64,000 nt of DNA from positions 806,001-870,000 of the forward strand of contig JAPETS010000003.1 in assembly GCA_026023565.1 (NCBI GenBank), written 5' to 3'. Source of the DNA: Cirrosporium novae-zelandiae (lineage: Eukaryota). The notes beneath the pieces were generated by a model. The model ran no database searches. It was given only the letters and a program-made list of their open reading frames with translations, and was not told the origin of the DNA. Shown piece by piece: positions 26,837 to 40,430 of the stretch (positions within the stretch are counted from its first letter, which is position 1; every line of letters begins with the position of its first letter). The position numbers were made by a program, and so were the translations under genes.

Positions 26837-28277
26837 ATGAATAAATGAAAATTCAAGAAGGAAGAAGAATACAAGAAGAGTAGCTGAAAACGGATATGGA
26901 TGGGGGGAGGGATGTAAAGTAACTTTGCGCAACCGCACTACAAGCTACGAGCTACAACTACACGGCGAGATGGTGGTGGTTGGTGAAGATGGAGACCAGG
27001 AATTAAAAAACAGCAGCAGGACTATCTATGATTTTACTTATTTTTATTTCATTTATTCTGTCCGTCTTCTTCGCAGGCGCAGAATGGTATTCCCCCCCCC
27101 GGGTAACGATACGAGCGGCGTCTATAGCGTATATATATTTTTTCTTTTCTTTCCTCATTAACACACACCCTCATCACAAATCCTTCATCCCTAGGAAAGC
27201 GATGATCTGCAATGAAATGAGATATCTAGCCTGCGGAAGTTCCAAAAACCAGGCGTTTTTTTACTTCCCTAGGGACTTAGATTCTATTTATTTTTTACTT
27301 TTTTTAAAGTTTTTTAGGGGTTATTTATGGGTGAGAAGTGGTTAATCTATCTGGTCCTAGAATTGGATGGGAATTGGATGGGATTATGAAGGAAATGGAA
27401 AGGGGGATTGAATTAGGGAATGAATGATAGGATGAGATGAGATAAGATGTGGAGCTTTTTCCCCTTAGATAGGTATGTGTGTGTCTGTGGTAGACAGAAA
27501 AGGAAAGAAGAAAGAAAGAAAGCAAGGGAATAAGAAATTATTTATTTACATCTCTATGCTTCCCATCTATGCACTCACTCACTCTACTCAAGGAAGTAGA
27601 TATAAGTAACATACCTAGGTAGATAAGCAAAAAAAATATTCCGTATAAGGCAACTTTCCTTCCAATATACAAATCCACATCACACACGCACAAAATAGAA
27701 AACAAACATCAAAGAGTCGAAGAGTAGAGAGCCTGTCATATATATAGATACAAGGATATGTAAAAAATATATATATCTTAAAGCTGTATTGTTAAAAAAC
27801 GCCCCCCTCTAGATCTCCAAATCGTAAAAAACAAGCAAGATTGCATGACGAACCTCCTTCCCCATCCCCACCTCGACCGCCATCCGGCCTTCTATCCCCT
27901 TATCCTATCCTACCCCCACCCCCCTAACAGCTATCGAAATCCTAACCCCCCCCCTGCCGTGTTCCCTATTCCACCGTATAATTCCCCACCCGGTTGCATC
28001 CCATCATACTCAAGAGCAATCATCATCCTCACGTGCGTGCCATGTATGCTCTTAGCCAGTTAGTTAATGCAGAATTGAATTCATTGAATCCATTGCATTT
28101 AAAATTCAAAATCTATGAACACTTTCCCCCCGCTCCCCACCATCAGTCCCCTCTTTTGCCTTTTTTCTTCCCCAATCATAGACAGACAGCTTTAAACCTC
28201 AAGTAAGAAAAGAGTCGGGTCGGGTCGAAATCCCAATGCCCGTTTCGGGGCATGTTATGTATGTCCTGGCAGGGTTC

Positions 28278-29965
28278 CTAAAACTCGACATTCATTCCAC
28301 CGCCTGGAGATCCCCCGCCAATGGAATTGGCGCCCCATATGCCGACGATGCCCCACATTCCTACTCTCCACCCCCTATACAGGCCACCCCATCCCTGACC
28401 CTTCCGCCTCGTCCAAGCGGATGCGAGATCCGCAGATCTAGCGTTAGCTCCCCTTGCCTGTGCCCTGGATGGCTTGACCGGTCCTGAAGTCGATTTGATT
28501 TTGATGTCGTGGCTGCCTTCTTCGTAGACGATGTGCCATATAGTTCCGAAAACGCCCTTGTATTCACCGACCTCGACGAGAGTTTCGAGTTCCGCTTGCG
28601 GGGCGGGGGCTTTGCCCGAGTTTAGGTTTGTGAGGCGTTTTTGTCGGGACTGCTGTTTGAGGACGTGGAGTTGGGCGCGTCTGAGGATTGTTTCCAAGGG
28701 TAAGCGGACGAGGAGGTCGAAGACTGAGATGAAGAGAGAGGAGATTGCGTATGCGGTTGGAGTTAGAACGGGGTCGATGTTTAGGTATTGGCGGAGGAGG
28801 AGGGGGGTGAGTGTGGTTGCGAGGGTTGGTAGAGCAGCGTGTAAAATTGTTATTGGTAGAAGTTGGGGGTCTGGAGCTAGAGATGGTTGGGAGCGTAGGA
28901 GTGGGAGAAGTGAACGGGGACGTTGACCCGCAGGTGTGAGAAGAAGACGTGTACGAATTAGATCCATAGGGGAGAGTAGGAGATGCGTTAGTGTTGTCGT
29001 GCTAAGCGTGAGTAGTAAGGTTGGTATCGGAGTTGGCGAGCTGAGGATATTAGTCGTGAAGTTGGGCGAGGCGGGCGTGAGGGTTTGAGGGAGCGGAATT
29101 GGGATGTTCAACATTGTAGAGAGCAGGCCTCGCGTGAATGTTTCGAGTGTCCGCAGTAATACGTTATAGATGAATGTACTGTTTGTTGCCTTCCAAAGGC
29201 CGGACCCACCTTCGTGGTGCCAGAGTTGGGATAGGACAGATAAAATGGATGTTGGATCGCGGAGTTGGAGTTTGTAGATTCGAACTGGTCCTGAAGGTGG
29301 TGGGATGGGAGCGGTAGAGTCATGCCGGGAGATAGGCCGTCGGCGCCTCTTCGAGGAACGAGGAGCTGGGGTGGAGAGTGATTGGTTTAGAGGTGTAGCA
29401 GCAGAGGTGAAATAGGATATCTCAGAGTCAGAATCCTCATCCTCTTCGGCCTAGAAACAATGAAATTAGTATCAAAAGAAAAATATATAATATAAAGTTG
29501 GTATCGGAGGAATGGAAGAGTACGAACATCATCAAATTGCTCATTCGGATATCTGCTGGGCCTCCTCCTCACTTCCTCCTCTATAGGAGGGGGAGGAGGG
29601 ACTCCTTGTAGCAGCGCCGCATCATCGGCTCGAGCAACATTCACCTGTAATATCGTCTTTGCAACCTCCATCGGCTGAGCCAATAGAATACTGGTGTACT
29701 TCCATACCGCGGCATCTAGTAGACTCTTTATTTGCTCGGATGCAGATCCTGGGTCTTCAGATAAGTAGCTGCTGTAATCTAGATCATTAAGTAGATCGCG
29801 GGCACTATCACCTAGTGATTGTGTAGAGGGAATGCTAGCATGACGATGGCTGGGTACAGTGGTGATGGTAGTAGTGGAATTTGATGCGGAGGTTTCGGGC
29901 AAGGCGATAGAGGGAGGAATATAATAAGGTCGGAGAGGATTGGGACCATCTCTATGGGTTGACAT
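28278..29965 (-). CDS. UGO1: Mitochondrial outer-membrane fusion protein Ugo1; intron 29527-29451
   Basis: NPLRPYYIPPS N-terminus, KYTSILLAQPMEVAKTILQV, carrier-like PMDLIRTRL and LPLETILRRAQ, GLYRGWRVGMWG C-terminus. Confidence 0.85.
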
Positions 29966-30110
29966 GGCGGGAAAGAAAAGGTCAAAATAAATTTATCTTT
30001 TAATCATTCAATAAAGATAATTGAATGGACTTTGAAGTATTTTGGTAGATGAAATTGGAGAGAGATGTGTTTTGGTGTTCCTCTTGGCTTTGGTGGTTCT
30101 GGTGGTGTTC

Positions 30111-30170
30111 TCTGTGGCTCTGTGTGGCTCTGTGTGGCTCCGTGTGGCTCCGTGTGGCTCCGTGTGGCTC
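30111..30170. repeat. 10-bp tandem repeat (T/C)GTGTGGCTC, about 6 copies
   Basis: Directly visible in the ugo1/yah1 divergent intergenic region. Confidence 0.85.
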
Positions 30171-30612
30171 TACCGATGTAATCGGGGGGACACGGGGGAC
30201 ACGGGGAGTAGTACTGAGGTAGTCGAGGTAATATCACGTATGATGTGGAGGGAAGATATGTGGGAGAGTGGAGGTTAGTCTGATTACTTGAGTTAGATAA
30301 GCACGTGATAAGGTAATTAGAGTAGATATCCCTCGGCCGACGAAGCTTCCGACCCTTCGGTTCTTACGTCTTGGCCGAAGTAATAATCAATCGCTTTCTC
30401 CGAACCTGCAGCCAAAAAAGTTCAAAAGAAAAAAAAAGTACTTGATCATCCCCCCCCAACGATCAAGGAAACAAAACAAACAAACCAAAAAAAAATTAAA
30501 ACGGGAGATAGACAGAAAGAGAGAGAGAGAGAGAGAGTGTGTGTGTGTGTGTATGTCTGCAAGAAAAAGAAGGGACATATTTTTTTTTGCGTCTGTGAAT
30601 ATATCGGAAAAT

Positions 30613-31357
30613 ATGACTCCGCCCAAGTCATGTCTACTAAATCTTTTGTTGCGTCCATGTTCATTCCCGCTTCCTCCCTGTTCAACAACCCCGGTCAGAA
30701 GCTTTGTCGCCAATCGATTATTGCGTCGAAACTTTTCAAATGGTGGATATGTCTCTAGTTCACTATCATCTTCATCTTCTCAATACTTGCTATCTCCGAA
30801 AAGACCAGCGCAGCAAGTTAGCTCTATAACCATTGCCCGCAATTGCGCAAAAGCCCGTCGAAGATTTTCTACTTCCCCGGTGGCTTACCATGGACATATT
30901 ACACCGCCAAAGCCAGGTGAAGAGTGCGTGTAACCTACAACCTCTGTTGGAAAGAATTGGTAATCGAGGCAAATTCATTGGGTATTTAAAGCTAATATAC
31001 ATCGGCCCAAGTAGGCTTCACATAACCTTTATCGATAAAGAGGGAGAATCCCACACATTCGAAGTCTCGGAAGGAGAAAACCTTCTCGATATTGCCCAAG
31101 CGAACGACCTTGAGATGGAAGGAGCTTGTGGCGGCTCATGTGCTTGTTCCACCTGTCATGTCGTAGTCGAAGATCCAGACATATATGACCGGATTCCCGA
31201 GCCTGATGATGACGAGAATGATATGTTAGATTTGGCTTTTGGGTTGACAGAGACATCGAGGTTGGGCTGTCAGGTCAAGATGACAAAGGAATTGGATGGG
31301 TTGGTGGTGAAGCTGCCTAGCATGACAAGAAATCTGCAGGCCAGCGATTTCAAATGA
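30613..31357 (+). CDS. YAH1: Mitochondrial 2Fe-2S ferredoxin (adrenodoxin/Yah1); intron 30924-31014
   Basis: Arg/Ser-rich transit peptide, EGACGGSCACSTCHV, DMLDLAFGLTETSRLGCQ. Confidence 0.95.
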
Positions 31358-31548
31358 TAGCCCCGGCGAGAAAAAAATATTGGCTAGGCGTTCCCGATCA
31401 AAGGATGGTGATATCGAAAAGTGGTGCGGCGTTCTCACTAGACCAACGACTTCATAATGTTATGTATGATGGAATTTTTGGGAATGGGATTGACTTTTGG
31501 ATAGTCAATTGTATAATGGCTATAATCTGCCAATGCAAATCTTTAATG

Positions 31549-32379
31549 TCAAGCGCCTTCCGTAGTCTTGGACTTTCCCTTTTTGCTTCCTGTCCCATTG
31601 ATGAGATCTAGAAATCCTTCCTTACTCATTTTGTTTATTTCTTCCTCCCTCTTATTCATTCCAACCATGCTTGAAGTCCTCGCTGCTTTGGCAGCCTCCT
31701 CTGCTTTCACTTGAGCAGCTCTGAAGGCATTGAATAACCTTACAACACCCTTTGTTGCAGATTTCCTTAGTTTTCGTTCCAATTCTAAAGTTTCTCCGAC
31801 ACTGATCTCCTGGTTCCCTCCTTTCCCAGCCGCTTCCAATCCAAGAACGTCCTTCACTCTCCCGCGGTCAAGTTCAGTACGCTTTTCGTCACGTAGCTTT
31901 CTTCGAGCCTTAGCTTCTAAACGACTATTTGAAATCTCTTGGTTGGCCTCTGCGGCATCTTTGCTCCGCGCAAGGACTGGATCTGATCGTTTTGACGAGG
32001 ATAGTTTTGACCCGAGGATTTTGGACATGGATGTAGCGAAGGCATCTGGATCATTGCGTTTTTTTTTCTTAGAATGTTGTTCGGAATCGGAGGATGCGGA
32101 GGAATTATTTGTGACTTCAGAAGCAGCATCGGAGACATCTCCATCATTTTCGTCTTCGGGTTGAGATTGAGATTCGGATCTAGAATCTATATCTAATTCG
32201 GGTTCATCGTCGTCATTGGTGTTATTTTCTCCTTCAAAATCTTCGAGGTTCGCCGGCTTGGAGTCTTCATCACTGGAGCTGTGATATGCTAATTGCCTTC
32301 TTGACTTCTTTGATGGTCGGGACTTGCGTCCAGCGACAGAAGAGTCCAATTTTCTTTTCTTGAACTGTGTGGGCGCCAT
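31549..32379 (-). CDS. RRP15: Ribosomal RNA-processing protein Rrp15
   Basis: Acidic N-terminus, AFATSMSKIL, DPVLARSK, ERKLRKSATKGVVRLFNA, MSKEGFLDLI. Confidence 0.85.
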   Translation of the reverse strand: MAPTQFKKRKLDSSVAGRKSRPSKKSRRQLAYHSSSDEDSKPANLEDFEGENNTNDDDEPELDIDSRSESQSQPEDENDGDVSDAASEVTNNSSASSDSEQHSKKKKRNDPDAFATSMSKILGSKLSSSKRSDPVLARSKDAAEANQEISNSRLEAKARRKLRDEKRTELDRGRVKDVLGLEAAGKGGNQEISVGETLELERKLRKSATKGVVRLFNAFRAAQVKAEEAAKAARTSSMVGMNKREEEINKMSKEGFLDLINGTGSKKGKSKTTEGA

Positions 32380-32623
32380 TTTGCAAAATTGTGAAAAGTA
32401 TGATAAAATTGTGAAGATAACCAAGATATTTTGTAGTTGAGATTGAAAAAAGCTCGGTAGATGTGGCTTAAAGCCCGCACTATGACACCCCGCGCCACAG
32501 ACACCAAATATCCAGGAACATCTCCAAACCCCACATAATAATTAACTAATAAACCAGGACCATCAATATAAATAAACTCATCGAACTTTGATATTTAGAA
32601 TTTAATTCCACCGAGCTAGCAAA

Positions 32624-34255
32624 ATGGTCCTTCAAGACCTAGGACGGCGGATCAATGCCGCCGTCTCTGATCTGACCAGATCTCCAAACCTCGACGAAAA
32701 GGTAGGCTCATATCATTTCACCCAGTATTACTGGAATATACTGACCTTACTACTTGATTAGGCGTTTGATAGCATGATCAAGGAAATATGTACCGCTCTC
32801 CTTGAAGCAGATGTTAATGTCCGCCTTGTTGGCAGCCTCCGCCGCTCCATCAAACAATCTGTGAAATTTAATGAGTTGCCCTCTGGAATCAATAAGAAAC
32901 GTATCATTCAAAAAGCCGTCTTCGATGAACTGGTCAAGCTCGTCGATCCCCATGCCGAACCGTTTAAACCAAAAAAAGGCAAATCAAATGTTATAATGTT
33001 CGTTGGTCTTCAGGGTGCAGGTAAAACAACTACATGTACAAAGCTTGCTCGTCATTACCAGACAAGAGGCTTTAAATCTTGTCTTGTATGCGCAGACACG
33101 TTTAGGGCGGGTGCATTTGATCAACTGAAACAAAATGCAACCAAAGCCAAAATCCCCTACTATGGTTCCCTCACCCAAACGGATCCCTCCATTGTCGCCG
33201 CTGAAGGTGTTGCCAAATTTAAGAAAGAGCGCTTTGAAATTATTATTGTTGACACGTCTGGTCGCCATCGCCAAGAAGCGGACCTATTTGCTGAAATGAT
33301 AGCTATTCAACAGGCCGTACAACCAGATACAACAATCATGGTTCTCGATGCAACTATCGGCCAACAGGCCGAGGCGCAAAGCAAGGCCTTTAAAGAAGCT
33401 GCCGACTTTGGTTCGATCATCATCACAAAGACAGATGGTAATGCTTCCGGTGGTGGCGCTATCTCCGCCGTTGCAGCTACACACACCCCTATCGTTTTTA
33501 TAGGAACAGGAGAGCATATGCTCGACCTCGAGCGTTTCGCCCCTAAACCGTTTATCTCCAAGCTCCTGGGTATGGGGGATATGCAAGGTCTCGTCGAGCA
33601 CGTGCAAGCCTTGAAAATGGATAATAAAGATACCATCAAGCACATAGAATCTGGAATATTTACTCTCCGTGACTTGCGGGATCAGCTGCAAAACATCCTT
33701 AAGATGGGCCCGCTATCGAAAATGGCGGCCATGATTCCAGGTTTAAGTAATATGATGACCGGTATGGACGACGAAGACGGCGCTATAAAGCTCCGACGTA
33801 TGATTTATATCTTCGATTCCATGACGGCAAAGGAGCTAGACTCGGACGGCAAAATATTTGTTGAACAACCAACACGCATGACGCGCGTGGCCAAGGGCTC
33901 TGGAACCACTGTTCGAGAAATCGAAGATGTACTATCTCAACAGAAAATGATGGCTGGAATGGCTAAGACGGTTTCCGGCAACAAGAAGAATATGCAGAGA
34001 GCGAAGAATATGATGCAAGGAGGGAACCGGCAACAACAGATGGCAGCTATGCAAAGGAGGATGCAGGCCATGGGTGGAGCGGGCGCTGGAGGAGGTGGAA
34101 TGCCCGATATGGGAAAGTTGATGCAGATGATGGGAGGAGGGGGTGGTGGTGGCGGGATGCCAAACCTAGGAGGAATGGATATGGGAGCTATGATGCAGCA
34201 GATGCAACAAATGCAGGGGATGATGGGTGGAGGACGAGGAGGACGCGGACGGTAG
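32624..34255 (+). CDS. SRP54: Signal recognition particle 54 kDa subunit; intron 32702-32761
   Basis: [11 protein letters not shown] start, [26 protein letters not shown], Met/Gly-rich M domain. Confidence 0.97.
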
Positions 34256-34840
34256 TAATGAAAGTTTGTTGAAGGAACCGGAATTTGAGATGAAGCGACT
34301 ATAAACTGATCGTTGCATAGCTAGGAGTTTATGGCGTTGAAGAAGACCGCTTCTGGGGAGGTTGTTTCCAGACATCGACATATGAATAGGGTACCATTTG
34401 GGAACATGGTATATTTTCCGAGTATGGCGAGCATTTCCGATCTTGTTATTCTGTACTAGGCGAGCTCTGACTTATAACTTTGGTTCAACGAGAATAGGTC
34501 CCAAGACATGGAGAAGTATCCTACAAAATAAAAATGGCATGCAGGCCGATACAACAAAACGAATAGTCTATGAAACTTGATAATAGCCCAAAGGGAAGAT
34601 TTCGTCATATTGTTCATGCACACCATATCTATATCCAGAACTTTGACACACCATTAATTTAAAATGATCCAAAGTAATAGAAACCGATTCATACATACCA
34701 CAATATTATCTTATACACTAATTTATATTGTGATAAATATCCTAATCGTAAGAGTGCTAAGGCCCTTTGACAATCAATTTTTTTGCATATGTTACAACAC
34801 CTGAGGCGTCAAATAGCCGATTCTTAGCAGTACAAGGGCG

Positions 34841-34890
34841 TACAACAACTCAACAAGGAATCAATCCTCTTCTCTCTTCTAGCCTCTTAC
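34841..34890 (+). repeat. 50-bp dispersed repeat, also at 57906-57955
   Basis: tacaacaactcaacaaggaatcaatcctcttctctcttctagcctcttac; 46/50 identical to the second copy, all differences C/T. Confidence 0.9.
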
Positions 34891-35002
34891 CGTGTCAGTA
34901 TATAGTAAGCTGATGCCTTACTCCACCTAATCCTCGGCAGCCTTTCTCCCAAAGTTAACACTCATGGTCCTTATCCTCCAGGACAACATCAGGCTATTGA
35001 CG

Positions 35003-37468
35003 ATGGAGCATCTTCCACTTTAAGATAATGGGTTTAAACTTCTAGTGCCATACTATGGCCTAGAATATGATGGCTTAGACTTTCTTACATATCCGCAACG
35101 CCAGAATTGGATCAAGGAAGCCATACTTTCAGGGAATTGGAACGCAGCCGGGAAGTCTCAGTTTGAAGTGAAGGCTTTTTTGTAGAGTTGGCTGTATTTT
35201 GGTTTGTTGGAGAGCATGTTCGGTATGACTAGCCATTTATTTCTTTTAATATGGAATAGGTAGCTCTGCTATCGATTTGGTGATTAACTTGTGTTATTTA
35301 TAAGGTGATGTCCCCATTCAATTATGGAGCTCTGATTTCCCACTCTACTCTCTTGTAGGCATAAAAGTCTCTGCCACAGATTTCATCCGAGATGAAAACG
35401 GCCACGGATACATTACTACAGCGTTGCTTGAAACATACTAAAACAACTGGGAAAGGTCAACCTGGAAAAAGGGTTCCAACCGCACCGAGATTTTGAGACT
35501 ACATGCTTTAAAGACGAATTCATATATTGAAGAGCGCAGTCGTATTGTGCACCAATTGCTACTCATACGCAACAAAACTACCGCTGCATCAGATCAACCG
35601 TCTTATTTTTTGAATGAGGATTTACTCCTTTCTCTTCAGCTATTAGGTCTGGCCTTGACAGAGAAGAGATGAGATATTTACATGCCCGGTATTAAGTTGT
35701 CAACAGAGGAGGGATATATAAATCACTATTATGACTGGGGCACTAGTGAACGAACGGAGAGGTATATGCTTCATGCAGGATGGTGCCCGAGTGCTATCGC
35801 AAAGGTTCGAAAAGAGTTGGATTGTCTCTTGTATGCCGCTTCGCTTCGGTCGCCCTCAACTGAAAAAGACCATAGCAGATGCACCAAAAGATCTTGCGTA
35901 GCAAACCAGATCAATAAAGAGATTTACCAGATTCGTCATGTCTCTAATAACTGTCAATGTGTATCGTGGAAACCTGATGAAGAAAGGATTCTGGAGATCA
36001 TCAAGGATGGCGGAGTACCTCTCGTCTGTTTTCCAGTCGATTGGCCTGCAGATAGCGAATCTTTAGTGCTTGAAGTCATACGGTACCAACCAGGACAACA
36101 GTATGTGGCTATCAGTCATGTATGGGCAGATGGACTTGGAAACCCATATGAAAATGCTCTTCCGGCTTTTCAAATTTGGAATCTCTGGAGGACCATTTGT
36201 AGTATGTATACAACAGTTTTTGATAATTTTGGAATTAAGTACATGTGGGTTAAGCCCTTCCTCAGGCCGCCGTTTTTATGCCCCGATAAAGTCGTTCCAT
36301 TTTGGATAGACACTCTGTGTGTTCCAGTTATCCCTTCTCTACAAAATTATAGAAGAGAAGCCATCAGACGAATGCGACAAACATACATCCAGGCTGATAA
36401 AGTCCTCATGCTAGATGACGATCTTTCTCATGTCTCTCGAGCTCTTCGAATGTCCAAAGAAGCCCGCCTCGAATTTAGTTTTCGTATGTACCTTTCTGGA
36501 TGGTATTCACGATTGTGGACTCTACAAGAAGGTAAACTCGCACGGGACGCCTGGTTTCGGATCAAGGATGCCACACTTCCCGCCAAGGTTTTATATTCCA
36601 ATTTGGCGCTTGACAAGAATGGATCTATGCATCGCATATGAGAGAATGCATCCAGTGCGCTCTCGACGATGATTGAGAACAGCTGGGTGCCTGACGAAAA
36701 ACTTCCTACCAGCGAGCAGGACATCGGAAAGGTGATTTCCAGCCTAGAGTCTCGCAACACTAGCAATAAAGCAGACCAGATAACCTGCCTCTCCACACTG
36801 CTGGATCTTGATCCCATGCGCTTCATGAACATTACAGACGATGCGCAAAGGATGCGTGAATTCCTCGTATCTCTCCCGTTAATACCACCTGCTATTATCT
36901 TCATGGGAAGCCCTAGGCTCGAATATCAGGGATTTCGCTGGGCACCTTCCTCATTTCTGTGTAGACCAGTCCCAAGCTACAGACTTTCTCAGCTTATTGT
37001 TCTATCTCGCCATCCATATCCTAATCGGCCTGCAGGTTCCATCACTTCCAAAGGCTTAAAAATAATGTTTCCCGGGATTCGCCTGCTTTCGGGTATGACA
37101 GCACTACCTCCAAGTGGAGAATTGATCATAGAAGAGCATCCATCGCCGCAACATATATGGTATGCGAAATTCAACAACGAAACCGAGGAGATGTCTTGGA
37201 ACAATGTCAAAGGCGAAGCAAATGATTCTAGACAGCTGGCGATGATTATTGGGAGCTTCGGACCCAACTATCGTGAACCAATCAATGCTGTATTGGTGAT
37301 ATTGAACTGCGACGTGGAAGGGGGATCAAGAGTGCTACGACTGCAAGTTGATTTGCCAGTTCATCTTGACTGAGTTATCGGATCCAACAGCAGGGGATAT
37401 ATTAAACACCAATGGCGCAAGACTCGCCGGTGAGGATCATCACGACCCAGATGTGGTGTGTTGATTAG
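35003..37468 (+). pseudogene. HET-domain (heterokaryon incompatibility-type) protein pseudogene
   Basis: MEHLPL*...YDGLDFLTYP...FL*SWLYFGLL N-terminus; YVAISHVWADGLGN, FWIDTLCVP, WYSRLWTLQEG HET motifs; QMWCVD* end. In-frame stops at 35021, 35183, 35439 and 36639, and a frameshift near the end. Confidence 0.85.
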
Positions 37469-40430
37469 ATTTATGAGCCACGCCATAGGAGATGCATCTA
37501 GTGCTTGTAGGAAGTTGACTCCGACCCTTTATGGGACGAGATACGTGAACTCTGCCATAAGCAAGATAGATTATCAGAGATAGACGGAAGGTAATATTAT
37601 GAAGCCAAATAATATAAAACAACACAATGGCAAATCAAGGGTCTATTATCCCGCAGTATAACAACCCATACACACACGCATACATATAGAGAGAGAAGAG
37701 AAAATTTCAAGAATGAATAAGATAAAATAATTTCTCACCACTCAACGAAAAACACCACCAAATACCCACCTAACCAAAAAACCCCATCATGATCCAATAT
37801 TTCCAATAATACCAAGCTCTTGGTCTTGGATCCAAGACATTAAAACCCCCACAGATACAGAAAACACTAATAACCAATCCTCAAAGAATCCGAGAAATAA
37901 ACCCCTTAAACATCAACATAAAAAGATGTGGAAACAGATAGAAGTAGCAGGATCAAGGATATATATATATGCATCCATATATCAAACAAGCAAAAACTGC
38001 ATTCTTGTAGCAATTTGAAAAGAAGAGAAAAAAAAATAGGCTTGAAGGAGGTAGTTAATCAACCAATCTATCATCTAGGTGTCTGAGATCACAGTTTCCC
38101 AAAATCACATAACTTTCTATCGCCTGTAATTACGAAACGTTCGAACCCCTTTTTGGGCTAGTTGGTTGGTCTATCTTTATTGTGGCTTGCTAGGATAGTT
38201 GTCACCTCTAAACGAGCTCAAATTGAAAGTAATAATAATGATGATGATGAGATGCTAGAACGGAAAGGGTTCTAATGTTTTATTATGATTTGGTCTTTAT
38301 GGCTGCTGATTGTAAGAATTAAGGGTGGTGGTGGTGGTGGATAATTAATTAAAGACTAATTCTAGATCAATATATTCATATTATCTTATCTTATCTTATC
38401 TACCCCCTCCACTATTTAGCCAGCCTAATCTCCTACATAATTAACAAACCCTCATTTGAGATACCCTCCAATCCAAACCTAAAAGTCCATCCGTTTAGTC
38501 ATTATAGATGATTTTATAAGTGTTAGGTAGCAACAAAAAATGAATTTTGAGGTATAAGGGCCCAAGGGGGGCTGCTGTTGGTTTTCATTTTCGTTAGATT
38601 GGATTTTGCTTTTTCTCAAATGTGCAGTTGTCGCATGCGTCGTGTTTCCTGTTGAGGTTAGATACGTGGGCAGCGGCTATTACTCGAGTGCTGCGATATG
38701 GCCGTTATGCATGCGCATGTGTCCGCCTCCTGTGCATGAATGTGATGATACTGTAACCGAAACCTATAGTCTAATCGTAGGGAATGGTAACTAGGTGATG
38801 AGGAGAGTCCCATACCACCTATGTCCTTCGCGAAGGGCGTAAGGCAAAGCGAAGCAATGAATCAACGACCTGTTAAAATTCGAGAAGGTCTATCTATCTA
38901 CTCAGAGTTGGCTTCTCGCTAAGAAATCGGTGTCCCTAGGCCTCACCATTTGGCGCCCAAGATTAATTGCCCAATTGATTTTTGGTAAAGAGAACAACTC
39001 TGGGTATGTTACACTAGGTTGCTGTCGCTAAGGTCGCCATATTCAATTCCAGAGTAACTATTGTGTGCATAGGCCGTTATATACCTTTGTCAGTTACAAT
39101 AATCCAGGAATTGATAGGTAAGTATAGAGGAGATAAATCCGTGTCTATTAGGATCTAGTATACCAAGCATACGCTGGATTTGATATACCGATGAACATAA
39201 TATATTTAATTTTTACCCGTAATTCAATTGTAAATCCATAGGGAAAAAGTATAACTTCAAGCGAAGGTTTTTTTAATACCCTAACATGCCAAGAATGCTA
39301 AGATATGTATACCATAGACTATGAGTTATTTTCCTATGTACTGTATAGGGAATACACGTATGAATTATTAGTATACGGTATTTGCCCAACGCTATTAACC
39401 TTAGCCATAAGGTATAAATATCAAAAAATTAAAACTCATTCGTAGTAACAACTAATATCATGTACCCTGAAATTGGGTAACGGTTAGAAACTAGTTATCT
39501 AAGAATTTCAACTTTTTGTGGTGAAGGTGGTGGTCCAGGGTTTATACCCTAACAAGGTCAGTCACTCCCAGCTCAAACACCTGGTGCCAAGGGCTAATTT
39601 TTGGTGTCATTCGAACTTTCGGTTGCTAGCCAACTCTAGGAACATGGGCGTTAGTAGAAGTGCTAGATGTTAGAACTAAAAAGGGGGAGTCGTCTTTGAG
39701 GGACACGCCTGAAATTGCTGTTGGCTTGTATGACAGATTGCGGTGTGCTTTGAAATTATTAAAGTTTGGGCAGAGTCAAGCGCCTTTGCTTTCCCTTTTC
39801 ACCTCTGGGCTGTAGGGCGAGCTGGGGCCGACAAGTTAATACTTGACAGGGGGAGGAAGGAAAAAGTTGTGATCTATAGAGTTGTTGGGTGAAGTGGAAG
39901 CCAAGTCAGACGCTTAGAAACTTGAGTCCGCGAGTGATTGGATGATATTGAAAATTGAATCTAGGGTTTAAGAATGAACTATTTCTGCTTCACTGATTCA
40001 TATGTTGGATGTGAATAGTTCAGGGGTAAAAAGAAAGATCTATTGAATAAACAAGCTTTCTGAACATCGTAAAAATCAAGTAACTTGAGACGGATACTAG
40101 CAATCGTGCTAGATTTGTTATAGCTCCACATGTGCCTATATAGTATGGGGCCAGCATATTAGACATAAAAATATATCTCGCACGAACATATTCATGTATG
40201 CATACACCATCCAATCCCGTTTCGCTTTCCTCTGAAGTATGTCTGTAGTCCACGTAGAAGGGCGATAGACCTGGAATTAAATAGACTGTGCATTTCAAGG
40301 AAGCATGAAAAAGCAAAATTAATATAACCAAACATTCAGTTGAAGAAAACTTGCAAGCTGGATAGGAAAAAAGGGACTATCACAAATAATAAGACCTTGT
40401 CCTGATTGCTCTTGCCGGTATTGACAACTT

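Noticed and set aside
30111..30170. Regular 10-bp array considered as CRISPR-like or regulatory
   Set aside because: No spacers and a eukaryotic context; it is a simple minisatellite.
34010..34255. Gly/Met/Gln-rich tail suggestive of a prion-like domain
   Set aside because: Normal C-terminal extension of the fungal SRP54 M domain.
38000..40000. AT-rich tract with a purine run (aaagggggag, ~39680) resembling a retroelement PPT
   Set aside because: No LTR pair, primer-binding site or pol remnant could be identified.
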